In this document: positions 28,891-38,391 of the stretch, piece after piece
Numbering within the stretch: position 1 is the stretch's first letter
How the letters are laid out: each line of letters begins with the position of its first letter
Source of the DNA: Alphaproteobacteria bacterium
GTDB taxonomy: Bacteria; Pseudomonadota; Alphaproteobacteria; JBMOFM01
Assembly: GCA_049318825.1 (NCBI GenBank)
Contig: JBMOFM010000006.1
Location: forward strand, 50,013 to 114,012
DNA length: 64,000 bases
Direction: 5' to 3'
Notes under the pieces: generated by a model
Told to the model about the DNA's origin: nothing
Seen by the model: the letters and a program-made list of their open reading frames with translations, nothing else
Databases searched by the model: none
Program-made: the position numbers and the translations under genes

Positions 28891-29468
28891 TACTTTACCC
28901 TCACATCATTATGCTCATTTAAGGACGCTAATTTTATGCGCAGTTTATTTTTTGCCCGCATAATTAAAGATTGTAAGGCTTTTACACTCATGCCCATGAT
29001 ACTGGCCGCTTCCTGATTACTGAATTCTTCATAAAAACACAAATTCAATGCCATTTGTTGATGCTGTGGTAAGGATAAGATTGCCGCCCCCAGCATTTTT
29101 TGTTTTGCTTGTTCCTCGATTTTTACATCAATGGCCATGCTCTCATCCTGCAATTCTTCTAGGGCTTCATTCACCGTATTTTTCTTGGATTTTATGAGGT
29201 TTAGTGCCCTATTGGTAATAATTTGATAAAACCATGTGGTAAATTTTACCCCTCTATGAACATCAAAACGCCAAGGCTCTTTCCATAATTGTAGAAATGC
29301 CTCTTGTACAACATCTTCAGCGTCTTGAGAATGCTGAACAATACGCTGCGCTACCCGAAAAAAACGCACACCATGCCGTTGAACCAGTTCAGCAAATGCA
29401 GAATGAACCCCCTTTGAAATATCGACAACCAACTCTTCATCCGTGAATGAACGAAAATTCTCCTGCAT
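28890..29468 (-). CDS. ECF (sigma-70 family group IV) RNA polymerase sigma factor
   Basis: Region 2 (DAEDVVQEAFLQLW) and region 4 HTH (QEAASIMGMSVKALQSLIMRAKNKLR). Confidence 0.8.
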   Translation of the reverse strand: MQENFRSFTDEELVVDISKGVHSAFAELVQRHGVRFFRVAQRIVQHSQDAEDVVQEAFLQLWKEPWRFDVHRGVKFTTWFYQIITNRALNLIKSKKNTVNEALEELQDESMAIDVKIEEQAKQKMLGAAILSLPQHQQMALNLCFYEEFSNQEAASIMGMSVKALQSLIMRAKNKLRIKLASLNEHNDVRVK

Positions 29469-29494
29469 TTGCCAAACTTTACCAACAGAGAATT

Positions 29495-29764
29495 TTAATC
29501 ATGGCATATTTTTTCTTTCAGCTTTTGCTGATGCAATGATTTAGCTTCTTCTCTGGTGACAATTCCATCCTTGTTTTTATCCATTTGTGTGAATATTTTG
29601 CTGTGAAAATTAATAACTTCTTCTTTGGTTAGCTGACCATCGCCATTAACATCCATTTCTTTGAACATATCTTCTGGGGGAAAAGGCGGCTCAAAAGCCC
29701 TAACCTCAGCGATCATTCCAACCCATAATGATGCAATCAACAATAAAACTGTACTTTTTTTCAT
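29495..29764 (-). CDS. secreted EF-hand calcium-binding protein
   Basis: Signal peptide, then two canonical EF loops: DVNGDGQLTKEEV and DKNKDGIVTREEA. Confidence 0.7.
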   Translation of the reverse strand: MKKSTVLLLIASLWVGMIAEVRAFEPPFPPEDMFKEMDVNGDGQLTKEEVINFHSKIFTQMDKNKDGIVTREEAKSLHQQKLKEKICHD

Positions 29765-30002
29765 TAAACCTCCTGAAATTGAGTTAAGTTAAATACACAT
29801 CTTATTGTTTATACAAACCACTACTCACAAATCTTCGGTTGGTTTGAAAATAAATCTCGCACGGAAATTATCCCCCGCACCCCTTTTTTATTTCTGGCAC
29901 GATTCTTGCTAGGGTTACAATCGTGCCATGTTTTAAGCATTGGCTCGTTACTGGGCATGGAATGATCCATGCCCAGCGTATTTTTGTAAAAAGGAGAAGT
30001 TA

Positions 30003-30608
30003 ATGAATATTTCAGGTTTTTCATCCCTGAGTAGTGCTGGTTTTGATCCTTCAAAATTCAGCCAGAAAATTCAGGATAAGTTTACCAAAGATTTTGGTAG
30101 TGAGGCCTTAGCAGGGGTTCAAGATAAAGATGGCAATATTGACCCTAGTAAAATGAAAAGTTTTATGGAAAGCAAAGGCATGAAACCCCCAGCAGGTGCG
30201 CCGCCATTTGGCCAGATGGGTGGTGCTGGTGGCCCACCTTCTGGTATGGGTGGCCCTGATGGGGTTAGTAAAAGTGCTGGTGGGGATCAGAAAATTCTTG
30301 ATCTATTTAAACAAAGCTCGGATGAAGATGATGATGATGACTCATCAAACAAAATAACCGATAGCAATGGAAAAGTAGATTATAGCAAATTAAAGGATTT
30401 TCTTGATAAAGCTATTAATTCATTACAGAGCAATGCCAAAAGCTATTCAGCTGATGGCGCAGGTTCTGGTTTTGACCTCACCAGCTTTCTTGGTAAGCAA
30501 TCTTCGAACACAAGCAGCAGTAGTGATGATCTACAATCTCAATTGCTGCAAAGCCTATTTGGTAATAATGGCAGCAAAAATGGCTTATTTACCGATCTTA
30601 ATGCCTAG
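30003..30608 (+). CDS. low-complexity acidic, Gly/Ser-rich protein (likely disordered), function unknown
   Basis: Start moved to MNISGFSSL, preceded by AAAGGAGAAG. Contains SSDEDDDDDSS, GGAGGPPSGMGGPDG, and a poly-S stretch. Confidence 0.4.
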   Translation: MNISGFSSLSSAGFDPSKFSQKIQDKFTKDFGSEALAGVQDKDGNIDPSKMKSFMESKGMKPPAGAPPFGQMGGAGGPPSGMGGPDGVSKSAGGDQKILDLFKQSSDEDDDDDSSNKITDSNGKVDYSKLKDFLDKAINSLQSNAKSYSADGAGSGFDLTSFLGKQSSNTSSSSDDLQSQLLQSLFGNNGSKNGLFTDLNA

Positions 30609-30724
30609 AAACCTCTAGGTGAGACTCAGTGCCAGATATTCATCTTGCAAACGAAACAATCACTGAGCCCCATTATCATACAATTTTTCTACAGATTATC
30701 TTCGATGCTTACAGTAGATATTTT

Positions 30725-32125
30725 TTAAACAGGTAAAATAATTTCCACCATCAATCCTCGATTCCCATCGCTAAACATCGGATTGTTCAATAGTGTGAGT
30801 TTACCCTGATGCATTTTTACAATCGCTTTTACCAAACTTAAACCCAAACCATTGCCGGGAGAATTTCTGGCTGGATCAAGGCGAGTAAAAGGCTCGGTTA
30901 CCTTTTCTCTGGCCGCGGATGGAATACCGATACCCGTATCGGTAATAGTGATAACAACGTAATTCATGTTTCTCTTTAGGCTTAAAAAAACCTCCCCTCC
31001 TTGCTGATTATATTTGATAGCATTATCAATGAGATTAGAAATGGCTTGAATAAGAAGTTCTCGATGAACCTTACCCATCACTTCAGAATCAATAGAAGCG
31101 GTGAATTTTAACCCTTCATCCTCCACTAATGGCTGGTATAAATCAACTATATCTTCTACCAATTGTGAGAGATCAATTTCTGCAAGCGTTGATATTTTTC
31201 TACCCGCTTCAATTTCTGCAATCGATAATAAGGCTTGGAAGGTACGCAATATTTGATCTGTTTCTTGAATAGCGTGATCAATGGCTTGTGAACGGTTTTC
31301 TTCATCCTTATCTTCTAATGCCAGTTCAAGCCTTGTTTTTAAGCGGGTGAGGGGGCTGCGCAAATCATGGGCAATATTATGGGTGACATGACGAATGCCA
31401 ATCATTAAGCGTTCAATATCCGCCAACATATTATTCAAAATTTCCCGCAAGCGATCAAACTCATCTTCCGCGCCGGAAAGCGGAAAACGGTGGCTAAAAT
31501 CCCCCGCCATAATTTCACGGGCATTTTCAGTCACCACATCAATCTGGCGTAACATCCGGTGTGCCATTAACACGCCGCCCACCGTGCCAAAACCTGCCGC
31601 AATTAACAGGGAAGAAATCATGGCATCGAGAATAAGTAGGCGTAAATCTTCCCGCTGTTGTACATCGCGGCCAACGGCTAGGATGCCTTTATCCACAGAA
31701 ATCAATTGTGCCTGCATTAAATGGCCAGAGCGTTTCCCTGAATTGTTGCTAGCAACAAAGCTTTTCCACCCCTTTATTTCATTGGAGAGTAAAGGGTAAG
31801 CTTCGCTGCTATCCACATGTATTCCTGCTATTTCATCCACATATAAATAGAAATTTTCTTCACTTTGTTGTGATTTTTGTTGTACCAGATTAGCCAAGGC
31901 TTGTTTGCCGTCGGTTTTATAAACCGACATCAGCTCATCCATTTCCGTGTACACATGGGCATAGGTTTTGGTGTCGATTTTATCAATAGTGCGCCAGTAA
32001 ATATTGGCCAATACTGCAAGCAGCGAGACATAAAATAACCATGCATACAAAATAATCAGCCGAAAACTGCTGGTGCGTACAAAACGGCGAATGGTTTTTA
32101 ATACATTACTCGGCTTCATGATCAA
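30725..32125 (-). CDS. sensor histidine kinase
   Basis: Two TM helices plus HAMP; HisKA H-box HDLRSPLTRL; HATPase motifs GIGIPSAAREKVTEPFTR and GNGLGLSLVK. Confidence 0.85.
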   Translation of the reverse strand: MIMKPSNVLKTIRRFVRTSSFRLIILYAWLFYVSLLAVLANIYWRTIDKIDTKTYAHVYTEMDELMSVYKTDGKQALANLVQQKSQQSEENFYLYVDEIAGIHVDSSEAYPLLSNEIKGWKSFVASNNSGKRSGHLMQAQLISVDKGILAVGRDVQQREDLRLLILDAMISSLLIAAGFGTVGGVLMAHRMLRQIDVVTENAREIMAGDFSHRFPLSGAEDEFDRLREILNNMLADIERLMIGIRHVTHNIAHDLRSPLTRLKTRLELALEDKDEENRSQAIDHAIQETDQILRTFQALLSIAEIEAGRKISTLAEIDLSQLVEDIVDLYQPLVEDEGLKFTASIDSEVMGKVHRELLIQAISNLIDNAIKYNQQGGEVFLSLKRNMNYVVITITDTGIGIPSAAREKVTEPFTRLDPARNSPGNGLGLSLVKAIVKMHQGKLTLLNNPMFSDGNRGLMVEIILPV

Positions 32126-32798
32126 TCTTCAACATATAGCCATTACCCCGCATGGTGTGCAGCAACATGACATCAAAATCCTTATCCAGCTTTTGCCGTA
32201 GGCGCGAGACATGCACATCAATGACGTTGGTTTGTGGATCAAAATTAATATTCCACACTTTTTCTAGCAACATGTTGCGGGTTACCAATTGTTGGGGGTG
32301 GCGCATAAAAAATTCTAACAGGGCAAATTCTCTTGGTTTCAGCTCTAATTCAATGCCCTGCCGCCATGCTTGCCTTGTAATTAAATCTAAGGTTAATTCT
32401 CCCAATGTAAGCCTTGTTTGCGTGCTATTCGCATTTCGTCGCCGCCCTAATACTTCTATTCTGGCCAGTAACTCAGTAAAAGCAAAAGGCTTGGTGAGAT
32501 AATCATCGCTACCACCTTTAAGGCCGGTGAGGCGATCATCCAACTGCCCCAAGGCACTTAAAATAAGGATGGGTGTATCATTACCATCTTCTCGTAAGGC
32601 TTGGATGACCGATAAACCATCTTTTTTGGGGAGCATGCGGTCAATGACCAACACATCACATAATTTTTGGCGAGCAGCTTCTAGGCCAGATTCACCATCC
32701 GCACAATGCACCACCTGATGACCAGCATCTTGCAGGCCCTTTACCACTAAGGCGGCTGCTTTTTCATCATCTTCTACCAAAAGGACATTGAGCCCCAT
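32106..32798 (-). CDS. OmpR-family response regulator
   Basis: REC (LLVEDDE, D in VLVIDRMLP) plus a winged-helix C-terminus. Overlaps the kinase gene. Confidence 0.85.
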   Translation of the reverse strand: MGLNVLLVEDDEKAAALVVKGLQDAGHQVVHCADGESGLEAARQKLCDVLVIDRMLPKKDGLSVIQALREDGNDTPILILSALGQLDDRLTGLKGGSDDYLTKPFAFTELLARIEVLGRRRNANSTQTRLTLGELTLDLITRQAWRQGIELELKPREFALLEFFMRHPQQLVTRNMLLEKVWNINFDPQTNVIDVHVSRLRQKLDKDFDVMLLHTMRGNGYMLKIDHEAE

Positions 32799-32851
32799 AT
32801 TTTTCTCCATGTTGGTATATCGGTAACCATTTTTCTCTATGATCTACCATA

Positions 32852-34450
32852 ATGGATAATAGTCAAGAAAACCAACCGCTAATCGCTTTAGGCTCGCTGC
32901 GTGCAAAATATTTGCCACGGGTGAAAGATATTATCACCATGGAAAAAATCTCCCGCATGCATCGGGGGGATTTGGCCTATGAGGTAAAAAAAATTATCAC
33001 CGAAGAGTTGGCGCGCGACGGGGTGGAGCTTAACCGCCTCGATCAGCGGGATTTAATCACCCTTGTGTTGAATTTATTGGTGGCAGAAACCAGTGCTACC
33101 CCCACAGCAGAAATACCCGCGCCCACAATCATTGAAAAACCAGCCCCCATTGCTGAAATACCAGCTCCACCACCGCCAGCTGCATCTTCTGCTCGCCCAC
33201 GGGTGGAAGCAGCGCGCAACCAAATACAAGGGTTATTGCTGGATAGAATTGATGCCAGTGCCGCAGCACGGCTACCACGCAATGAGTTGCAGCAACAAAT
33301 TATTGAGTTGGTAGGCGATTTATTGGTTGAAAAAAGAATGCAGCTTACCGGCCCTGAAACCTTAGAGCTGGTAGAAAAGCTGCTGGATGATATGCTGGGT
33401 TTTGGGCCATTAGAACCTCTATTGGCCGATGAAACCGTAACCGATATTATGGTGAACGGCCCAGCCAATGTGTATGTTGAGCGCAAAGGCAAGCTAACAC
33501 TTACCGATGTAAAATTTCGTAATAATGCGCATGTGATGGCGATTGCCACCAGAATTGTAACAGGGGTGGGGCGGCGGGTGGATGAATCGGTACCCCTGTG
33601 CGATGCCCGCTTACCAGATGGTAGCCGCGTGAACATCATTATTCCGCCACTTGCAATTGATGGGCCTTCTATTTCTATTCGTAAATTTTCTAAGAAAAAA
33701 ATTACCTTAGAAACCATGGCCAACCAAAATAATATTTCCCCTGCCATGCGCCGCGTTTTAGAAATAGCAGGGAAATGTCGCCTGAATATTTTAATTTCTG
33801 GCGGTACGGGTTCTGGAAAAACCACCATGCTGAACGCCATTTCAAAAATGATTGATGAGCAAGAACGCATTGTTACCATTGAAGATGCCGCTGAGCTGCA
33901 ATTACAGCAGCCGCATGTGGTGCGCTTGGAAACAAGGCCAGCCAATTTAGAAGGCGATGGCGAAATTTCCATGCGTGATTTAGTAAAAAACTCGCTGCGG
34001 ATGCGCCCCGACCGTATTATTCTAGGCGAGGTGCGCGGCGCAGAAGCGGTGGATATGTTGCAGGCCATGAATACAGGCCATGATGGCTCGCTGGCAACTA
34101 TTCACGCTAACCGCCCGCGTGAAGCCATTACGCGGTTGGAGAATTTGGTGGGCATGGCTGGTATTAATTTAGCGCCGCGCGCTATTCGCATGCAAATTGC
34201 CTCGGCTGTGGAAATTATTGTACAAATCAGCCGCATGCGCGATGGTGTGCGCCGCGTGACCTATATCACTGAATTGGTGGGGCTGGAAGGCGATATTATT
34301 TTAATGCAGGATTTATTTACCTATGAGGTAACAGGTGAAGGCGAAGATGGTAAGCTGATTGGCCAATTCAAATCTTCTGGCTTGCGCCCACATTTTTACC
34401 CCAAGGCAGAATATTTTGGTTTGGGAAAAGCCCTCATGGAATTGATTTAG
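32852..34450 (+). CDS. cpaF: CpaF/TadA-type secretion ATPase (type II/IV secretion NTPase), orphan
   Basis: Walker A ILISGGTGSGKTT; Asp/His boxes (IVTIEDAAEL, GHDGSLATIHANRPREAITRL). There is a long N-terminal region with a Pro/Ala-rich linker (IPAPTIIEKPAPIAEIPAPPPPAASSARP). No other tad/cpa genes are in the window. Confidence 0.75.
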   Translation: MDNSQENQPLIALGSLRAKYLPRVKDIITMEKISRMHRGDLAYEVKKIITEELARDGVELNRLDQRDLITLVLNLLVAETSATPTAEIPAPTIIEKPAPIAEIPAPPPPAASSARPRVEAARNQIQGLLLDRIDASAAARLPRNELQQQIIELVGDLLVEKRMQLTGPETLELVEKLLDDMLGFGPLEPLLADETVTDIMVNGPANVYVERKGKLTLTDVKFRNNAHVMAIATRIVTGVGRRVDESVPLCDARLPDGSRVNIIIPPLAIDGPSISIRKFSKKKITLETMANQNNISPAMRRVLEIAGKCRLNILISGGTGSGKTTMLNAISKMIDEQERIVTIEDAAELQLQQPHVVRLETRPANLEGDGEISMRDLVKNSLRMRPDRIILGEVRGAEAVDMLQAMNTGHDGSLATIHANRPREAITRLENLVGMAGINLAPRAIRMQIASAVEIIVQISRMRDGVRRVTYITELVGLEGDIILMQDLFTYEVTGEGEDGKLIGQFKSSGLRPHFYPKAEYFGLGKALMELI

Positions 34451-34540
34451 GCGGTATTACAATTGAAAAATTATAAATGTTGATAAAAAAATCAAGCCAC
34501 GGTATAAAAATTTATCATAATTTTATGTAGTAACACTAAT

Positions 34541-35029
34541 ATGTATTCAATTCTTAATAACGGTATTTCCAGCGACCAGAAAAAAGATATTGATTGTCCT
34601 AGTTTGCAAAGAATATTTAACCACTCTATAATAGATGAATTGCAACCTGCCGATAACCCAGTTTTATGGGATGGGATTGTACATATTTGTAATGAATTAT
34701 CGGTTGCTATGCCGGTTATTTATATTATTGAACACCCTATTCCAAGAATTAACACGATTAACGTCACCGGCTCTATAGCAATAACCAGTTCTTTTCTGGC
34801 ACTGCCTGACGCCGAGATCCGCCATCATTTAGCAGCGATTGCCCATGAAATAGGTCATAGTTTTTGTGAACCAGAAGAAAAATTATCTAAAGAGTATTTG
34901 GATATTGCCCTTTTATATGGGGAGTACGCCCTTTTATATAGGGATACCATACAAACAATGATGCAATTAGAAAAATATGCAGCAGCACCGTTGTTTTTTG
35001 CTTTGGTTGAAAAAAACTCACCTACATGA
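34541..35029 (+). CDS. M48-like zinc metallopeptidase, N-terminal part (HExxH); split gene
   Basis: IAHEIGHSF zinc-binding motif. No signal peptide or TM. Confidence 0.4.
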   Translation: MYSILNNGISSDQKKDIDCPSLQRIFNHSIIDELQPADNPVLWDGIVHICNELSVAMPVIYIIEHPIPRINTINVTGSIAITSSFLALPDAEIRHHLAAIAHEIGHSFCEPEEKLSKEYLDIALLYGEYALLYRDTIQTMMQLEKYAAAPLFFALVEKNSPT

Positions 35030-35337
35030 TTGCTTTTTATGAAGCAGATGAAAAAATGCAAGAACATGGCAAGGAAGCAGCAAAAATAAAGCGACGCATA
35101 GAAATGAAAGCAGATAGAGTAGCCGTGCAGGCTGTTGATCCAAGGGATTTAGCTGAAATATTGCATATAATGTGTCCAAACTGGTTGCATGAAGACCAAC
35201 TTTCTAAGAAAAATCCTTATGCGCCTCATCCAACATTAAAAGAGCGTTTTTGTCAGTTAGCTGGTTTGGCCTTGGAGAAATCTTCCACCCAAAACCCTGC
35301 TAAACCCCAAAATAGGCGGATGCAAAATAGCGGCTAA
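35026..35337 (+). CDS. M48-like zinc metallopeptidase, C-terminal part (ExxAD); split gene
   Basis: EMKADRVAVQAVDPRDLAEIL lies about 87 codons after the HExxH of the upstream ORF, which is M48 spacing. The two ORFs overlap by ATGA: either a frameshift/pseudogene or a translationally coupled pair. Confidence 0.35.
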   Translation: MIAFYEADEKMQEHGKEAAKIKRRIEMKADRVAVQAVDPRDLAEILHIMCPNWLHEDQLSKKNPYAPHPTLKERFCQLAGLALEKSSTQNPAKPQNRRMQNSG

Positions 35338-35971
35338 AAACAGCTTGTAATTGCCCAGTATCTGGATTGTCCAGCCATGGTACCCAGCCCAATGAAGGAA
35401 CATCGCCCATGGTGGTGATGGTGTGTATATTATCCTTATTGTCAGGCCCCACAAACACCATCCCTAATAGGGGGATGCTGGCCGCGCGCAGCGCTGCTAA
35501 GGATAAGAGGCTGTGATTAATTGTGCCCAAACCCGTGCTAGCTACCAGCAACACGGGCAATTTCCATTGTTGGTACAGTTGATATTGTAATAATTGACGG
35601 GTGATGGGCACCATAATACCACCCGCACTTTCAATAATTAGCGGGGCATGGGGTATGTTGGGCAATCGGAACAGGCTAGCTGTATCAATTGGCCGATTTT
35701 CTAATTCAGAGGCAATATGGGGGGATAGGGGCGCTTCAAAATTATATGTTTCGGGTATAAAATGTTGCGGTGGCAAACTAGATAAACGCTGCACTGTGGC
35801 GCGATCTGAAGCAATATCGATAGTTGCAGGGGAAATACCTGTTTGGATGGGTTTCCAATAGCAACCTTGCAATACGCTCATCAACAAAGCCGATACCATG
35901 GTTTTTCCAACATCCGTACCCGTGCCCGCTATAATAAAGCCAGAGGAGGTAAATGGTTGAGGAATAACCAT
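35300..35971 (-). CDS. bioD: dethiobiotin synthetase
   Basis: GTGTDVGKT P-loop and the BioD family pattern. Start moved to the internal Met (MVIPQPF), avoiding overlap with yceI. Confidence 0.75.
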   Translation of the reverse strand: MVIPQPFTSSGFIIAGTGTDVGKTMVSALLMSVLQGCYWKPIQTGISPATIDIASDRATVQRLSSLPPQHFIPETYNFEAPLSPHIASELENRPIDTASLFRLPNIPHAPLIIESAGGIMVPITRQLLQYQLYQQWKLPVLLVASTGLGTINHSLLSLAALRAASIPLLGMVFVGPDNKDNIHTITTMGDVPSLGWVPWLDNPDTGQLQAVFSRYFASAYFGV

Positions 35972-35987
35972 GGTGTTTATAAATATA

Positions 35988-36680
35988 TTAGCGCACAAAC
36001 TCTGCTTCTAAACGTAGGCTTACTTCATCGCCCACCGCAGGCAGTAATGCCTTCATACCAAAATCAGAACGATTAATTTTACCCGTGGCACTAAAGCCCA
36101 ACACTTTTTTGCCTGAAAAAGGGTTGCCCCCTGCTGCATTAAATACCACATCCAAGGTTATGGGTTTTTCAACACCCAATAACCGCAAATTGCCCGTAAC
36201 CTTGCCTTTACTATCGGAAATTTTTTGAATATGGGTAGAGGTAAAAGTAATCTCGCCATAGCGCGCTACATTAAAAAAATCCTCGCCCTTGAGTTTGTTT
36301 TTTAACTCCTCGCTTTGCACTTGAATGCTGCTTGCATCTATGCGCACTTCCAATTTGCTGTTTTCAGGCTTTTTATTATCAAAAGCCAATTGTCCAGTAA
36401 TATTATTAAAGCTACCCGTGTAATTGCTGAAGCCCAAATGTTTGATAAAAAACAGAGCGGCAACATGGGTGGAGTCTATTTGATATAGGCCGGGTTCAAC
36501 CTGCTCTAACACCTCTGCTACTTGACCAGCCTTAGCCACCATGGGGGATGCTGCTTTTGCCGCATGGCTAATGGTAAAGGCAGACATGGCAAGCAACCCG
36601 CCGATTAATAAACAGCGTACAGGCTTAAAAAACCCCGCTTTTGCATTGATATATAATGCTTTTTTATAAGATTGTTGCAT
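35988..36680 (-). CDS. YceI-family periplasmic protein
   Basis: Signal peptide; YQIDSTHVAALFFIKHLGFSNYTGSF...GNLRLLGVEKPITLDV match the YceI-like fold motifs. Confidence 0.7.
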   Translation of the reverse strand: MQQSYKKALYINAKAGFFKPVRCLLIGGLLAMSAFTISHAAKAASPMVAKAGQVAEVLEQVEPGLYQIDSTHVAALFFIKHLGFSNYTGSFNNITGQLAFDNKKPENSKLEVRIDASSIQVQSEELKNKLKGEDFFNVARYGEITFTSTHIQKISDSKGKVTGNLRLLGVEKPITLDVVFNAAGGNPFSGKKVLGFSATGKINRSDFGMKALLPAVGDEVSLRLEAEFVR

Positions 36681-36789
36681 TGTTCTGTCCTTAATCTACT
36701 TGCGATGATTTGTTTGTAGATTGATATGTAAATAAATGCAATGATTACCATCACTATTATTGTGTTTTTATGGCATAAAAGCAGCGAGT

Positions 36790-37221
36790 ATGAAAATCAT
36801 GAAAAAAACAACAACAATCATGGCCGCCTTTTCTGTGTTGGCTGTGTTATCCGTTACCAATAGTCACTACGCACAAGCAGAAGCTGTTAAAGCTGGATCT
36901 CATGTAGCAACCCCAGCTCTTGGTGTGGCGGCTAAAAAAGCAGCGCCCAAAATGGCAGACCCGCAGAAAGTAGATTGCAATGGTTTTAGTGAAAAAGAAT
37001 TGATGGAAAATGCTAAAATTCCAGATTTTAGAAAATCTAACGGTTCAATTTACTATAATGAGAGATTGGGTGGGGTGGATGTTGGTCAACAAAATGTGAA
37101 AGCCAAACGTGCCGCTTTAGTGAATGCGTTGGATCAAACCACCAAAGAAGAGCGCAATAAAAAAGCGATTGATGAATTTTTTAAGGCACAGCGCGCGCAA
37201 ATTCGTAAGCGTTGTTTATAA
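36790..37221 (+). CDS. small secreted protein, unknown
   Basis: Signal peptide MKKTTTIMAAFSVLAVLSVTNSHYAQA. Basic and helical, with two Cys near the ends. Confidence 0.35.
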   Translation: MKIMKKTTTIMAAFSVLAVLSVTNSHYAQAEAVKAGSHVATPALGVAAKKAAPKMADPQKVDCNGFSEKELMENAKIPDFRKSNGSIYYNERLGGVDVGQQNVKAKRAALVNALDQTTKEERNKKAIDEFFKAQRAQIRKRCL

Positions 37222-37242
37222 AAATAGCGGAAATAAGGGGCG

Positions 37243-38391
37243 GTGGCCATGCTGCTCGTTCTCAATATTGGCTCTTCTAGCATCAAATTTGCTTTATTTC
37301 ATGCGAAAGAGGCGATTGTTGCCAGTGTGGGTTATTGGAGTTTTGCCAATAACCAGTTGGTTGTGGATGGGATAAAATACCCGTTTTCTGATACTGCTGG
37401 CACCGATAAGCTGTTGGTATTATTGGAATATTTGCAGCGTCTTAACCCTAGTTATTTAGCGCCTGAAGCCATTATTCACCGCGTGGTGCATGGCGGTAAT
37501 ATTTATACAGGCATTACGGAAATTAATGATGCGGTACTGCAAGATTTAGAGCAATTTTCTAGCTTTGCGCCTTTGCATCAGCCCATTGCTTTAGCGGCTA
37601 TACATGTTTTGCGGCAGAAATTTCCAACAATCAGGCAATATGCTTGTTTTGATACCGCATTTCATCATCATCAGCCGCGGTTAAACCGTTTATTTGCCTT
37701 GCCCTTGGCCATGGAAGAACAGGGTATTGTGCGTTATGGTTTCCATGGTCTTTCTTACGGCTACATTACGGGGCAATTACAGCAACTGGTTACAAATTAT
37801 GCGCAGCAACGTTGGATTATTGCCCATTTGGGCAGTGGTGCCAGCGTGTGTGGTTTGAAAAATGGCAAAAGTTTTGCCAGTAGCATGGGGTTTTCTGCCC
37901 TTGATGGTTTAATGATGGGCACGCGCTGTGGCCGGTTGGATGCAGGGGTTTTATTGCATTTATTGCGGGCTGGGTGGGATGTAAAACAGCTGGAACAATT
38001 ATTATACAAAGAATCTGGCTTACAAGGTATCTCTGGCATTTCGGGGGATATGCAAATATTGCAGCAGAGTTCTGTGCCCAATGCGGCCTTAGCCGTGGAA
38101 TTATTCATTGAACGCTTGGTAGAAGAAATTGGTTTAATGGTGGCAAAGCTCAATGGTGTGGATGGCTTAATATTTACTGGTGGTATTGGTGAGCATAGTG
38201 CTTCAATTCGTGCGCAAACAGTAGCCCGTTTGGGTTGGTTGGGGGCAACGCTGGATGAAGAAGCCAATAAAGAAAGAAGAATGCGTATAGATTCTGCATC
38301 CTCTCTTGTTTCTTTATGGTGCATGGCCACTAATGAAGAGCAGCAAATGGCAGAGGAATATAAAAAATGGATAAGCCAATTATCGATTTAA
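37243..38391 (+). CDS. ackA: acetate (or short-chain acyl) kinase
   Basis: LVLNIGSSSIKFALF, HLGSGASVCG and the ASKHGT-fold motifs. 382 aa, slightly short. No pta is adjacent. Confidence 0.75.
   Translation: MAMLLVLNIGSSSIKFALFHAKEAIVASVGYWSFANNQLVVDGIKYPFSDTAGTDKLLVLLEYLQRLNPSYLAPEAIIHRVVHGGNIYTGITEINDAVLQDLEQFSSFAPLHQPIALAAIHVLRQKFPTIRQYACFDTAFHHHQPRLNRLFALPLAMEEQGIVRYGFHGLSYGYITGQLQQLVTNYAQQRWIIAHLGSGASVCGLKNGKSFASSMGFSALDGLMMGTRCGRLDAGVLLHLLRAGWDVKQLEQLLYKESGLQGISGISGDMQILQQSSVPNAALAVELFIERLVEEIGLMVAKLNGVDGLIFTGGIGEHSASIRAQTVARLGWLGATLDEEANKERRMRIDSASSLVSLWCMATNEEQQMAEEYKKWISQLSI

Noticed and set aside
29895-29975. Two hairpins (ggcacgatt...aatcgtgcc and tgggcatgg-N7-ccatgccca followed by a T-run) upstream of the acidic protein gene
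   Set aside because: They lie in a divergent promoter region with no upstream gene on that strand to terminate. They may be operators, but there is too little evidence to call them.
33043-34068. 341-aa minus-strand ORF inside cpaF
   Set aside because: Antisense shadow of the CpaF gene. Low-complexity Ser/Arg-rich translation with no motifs.
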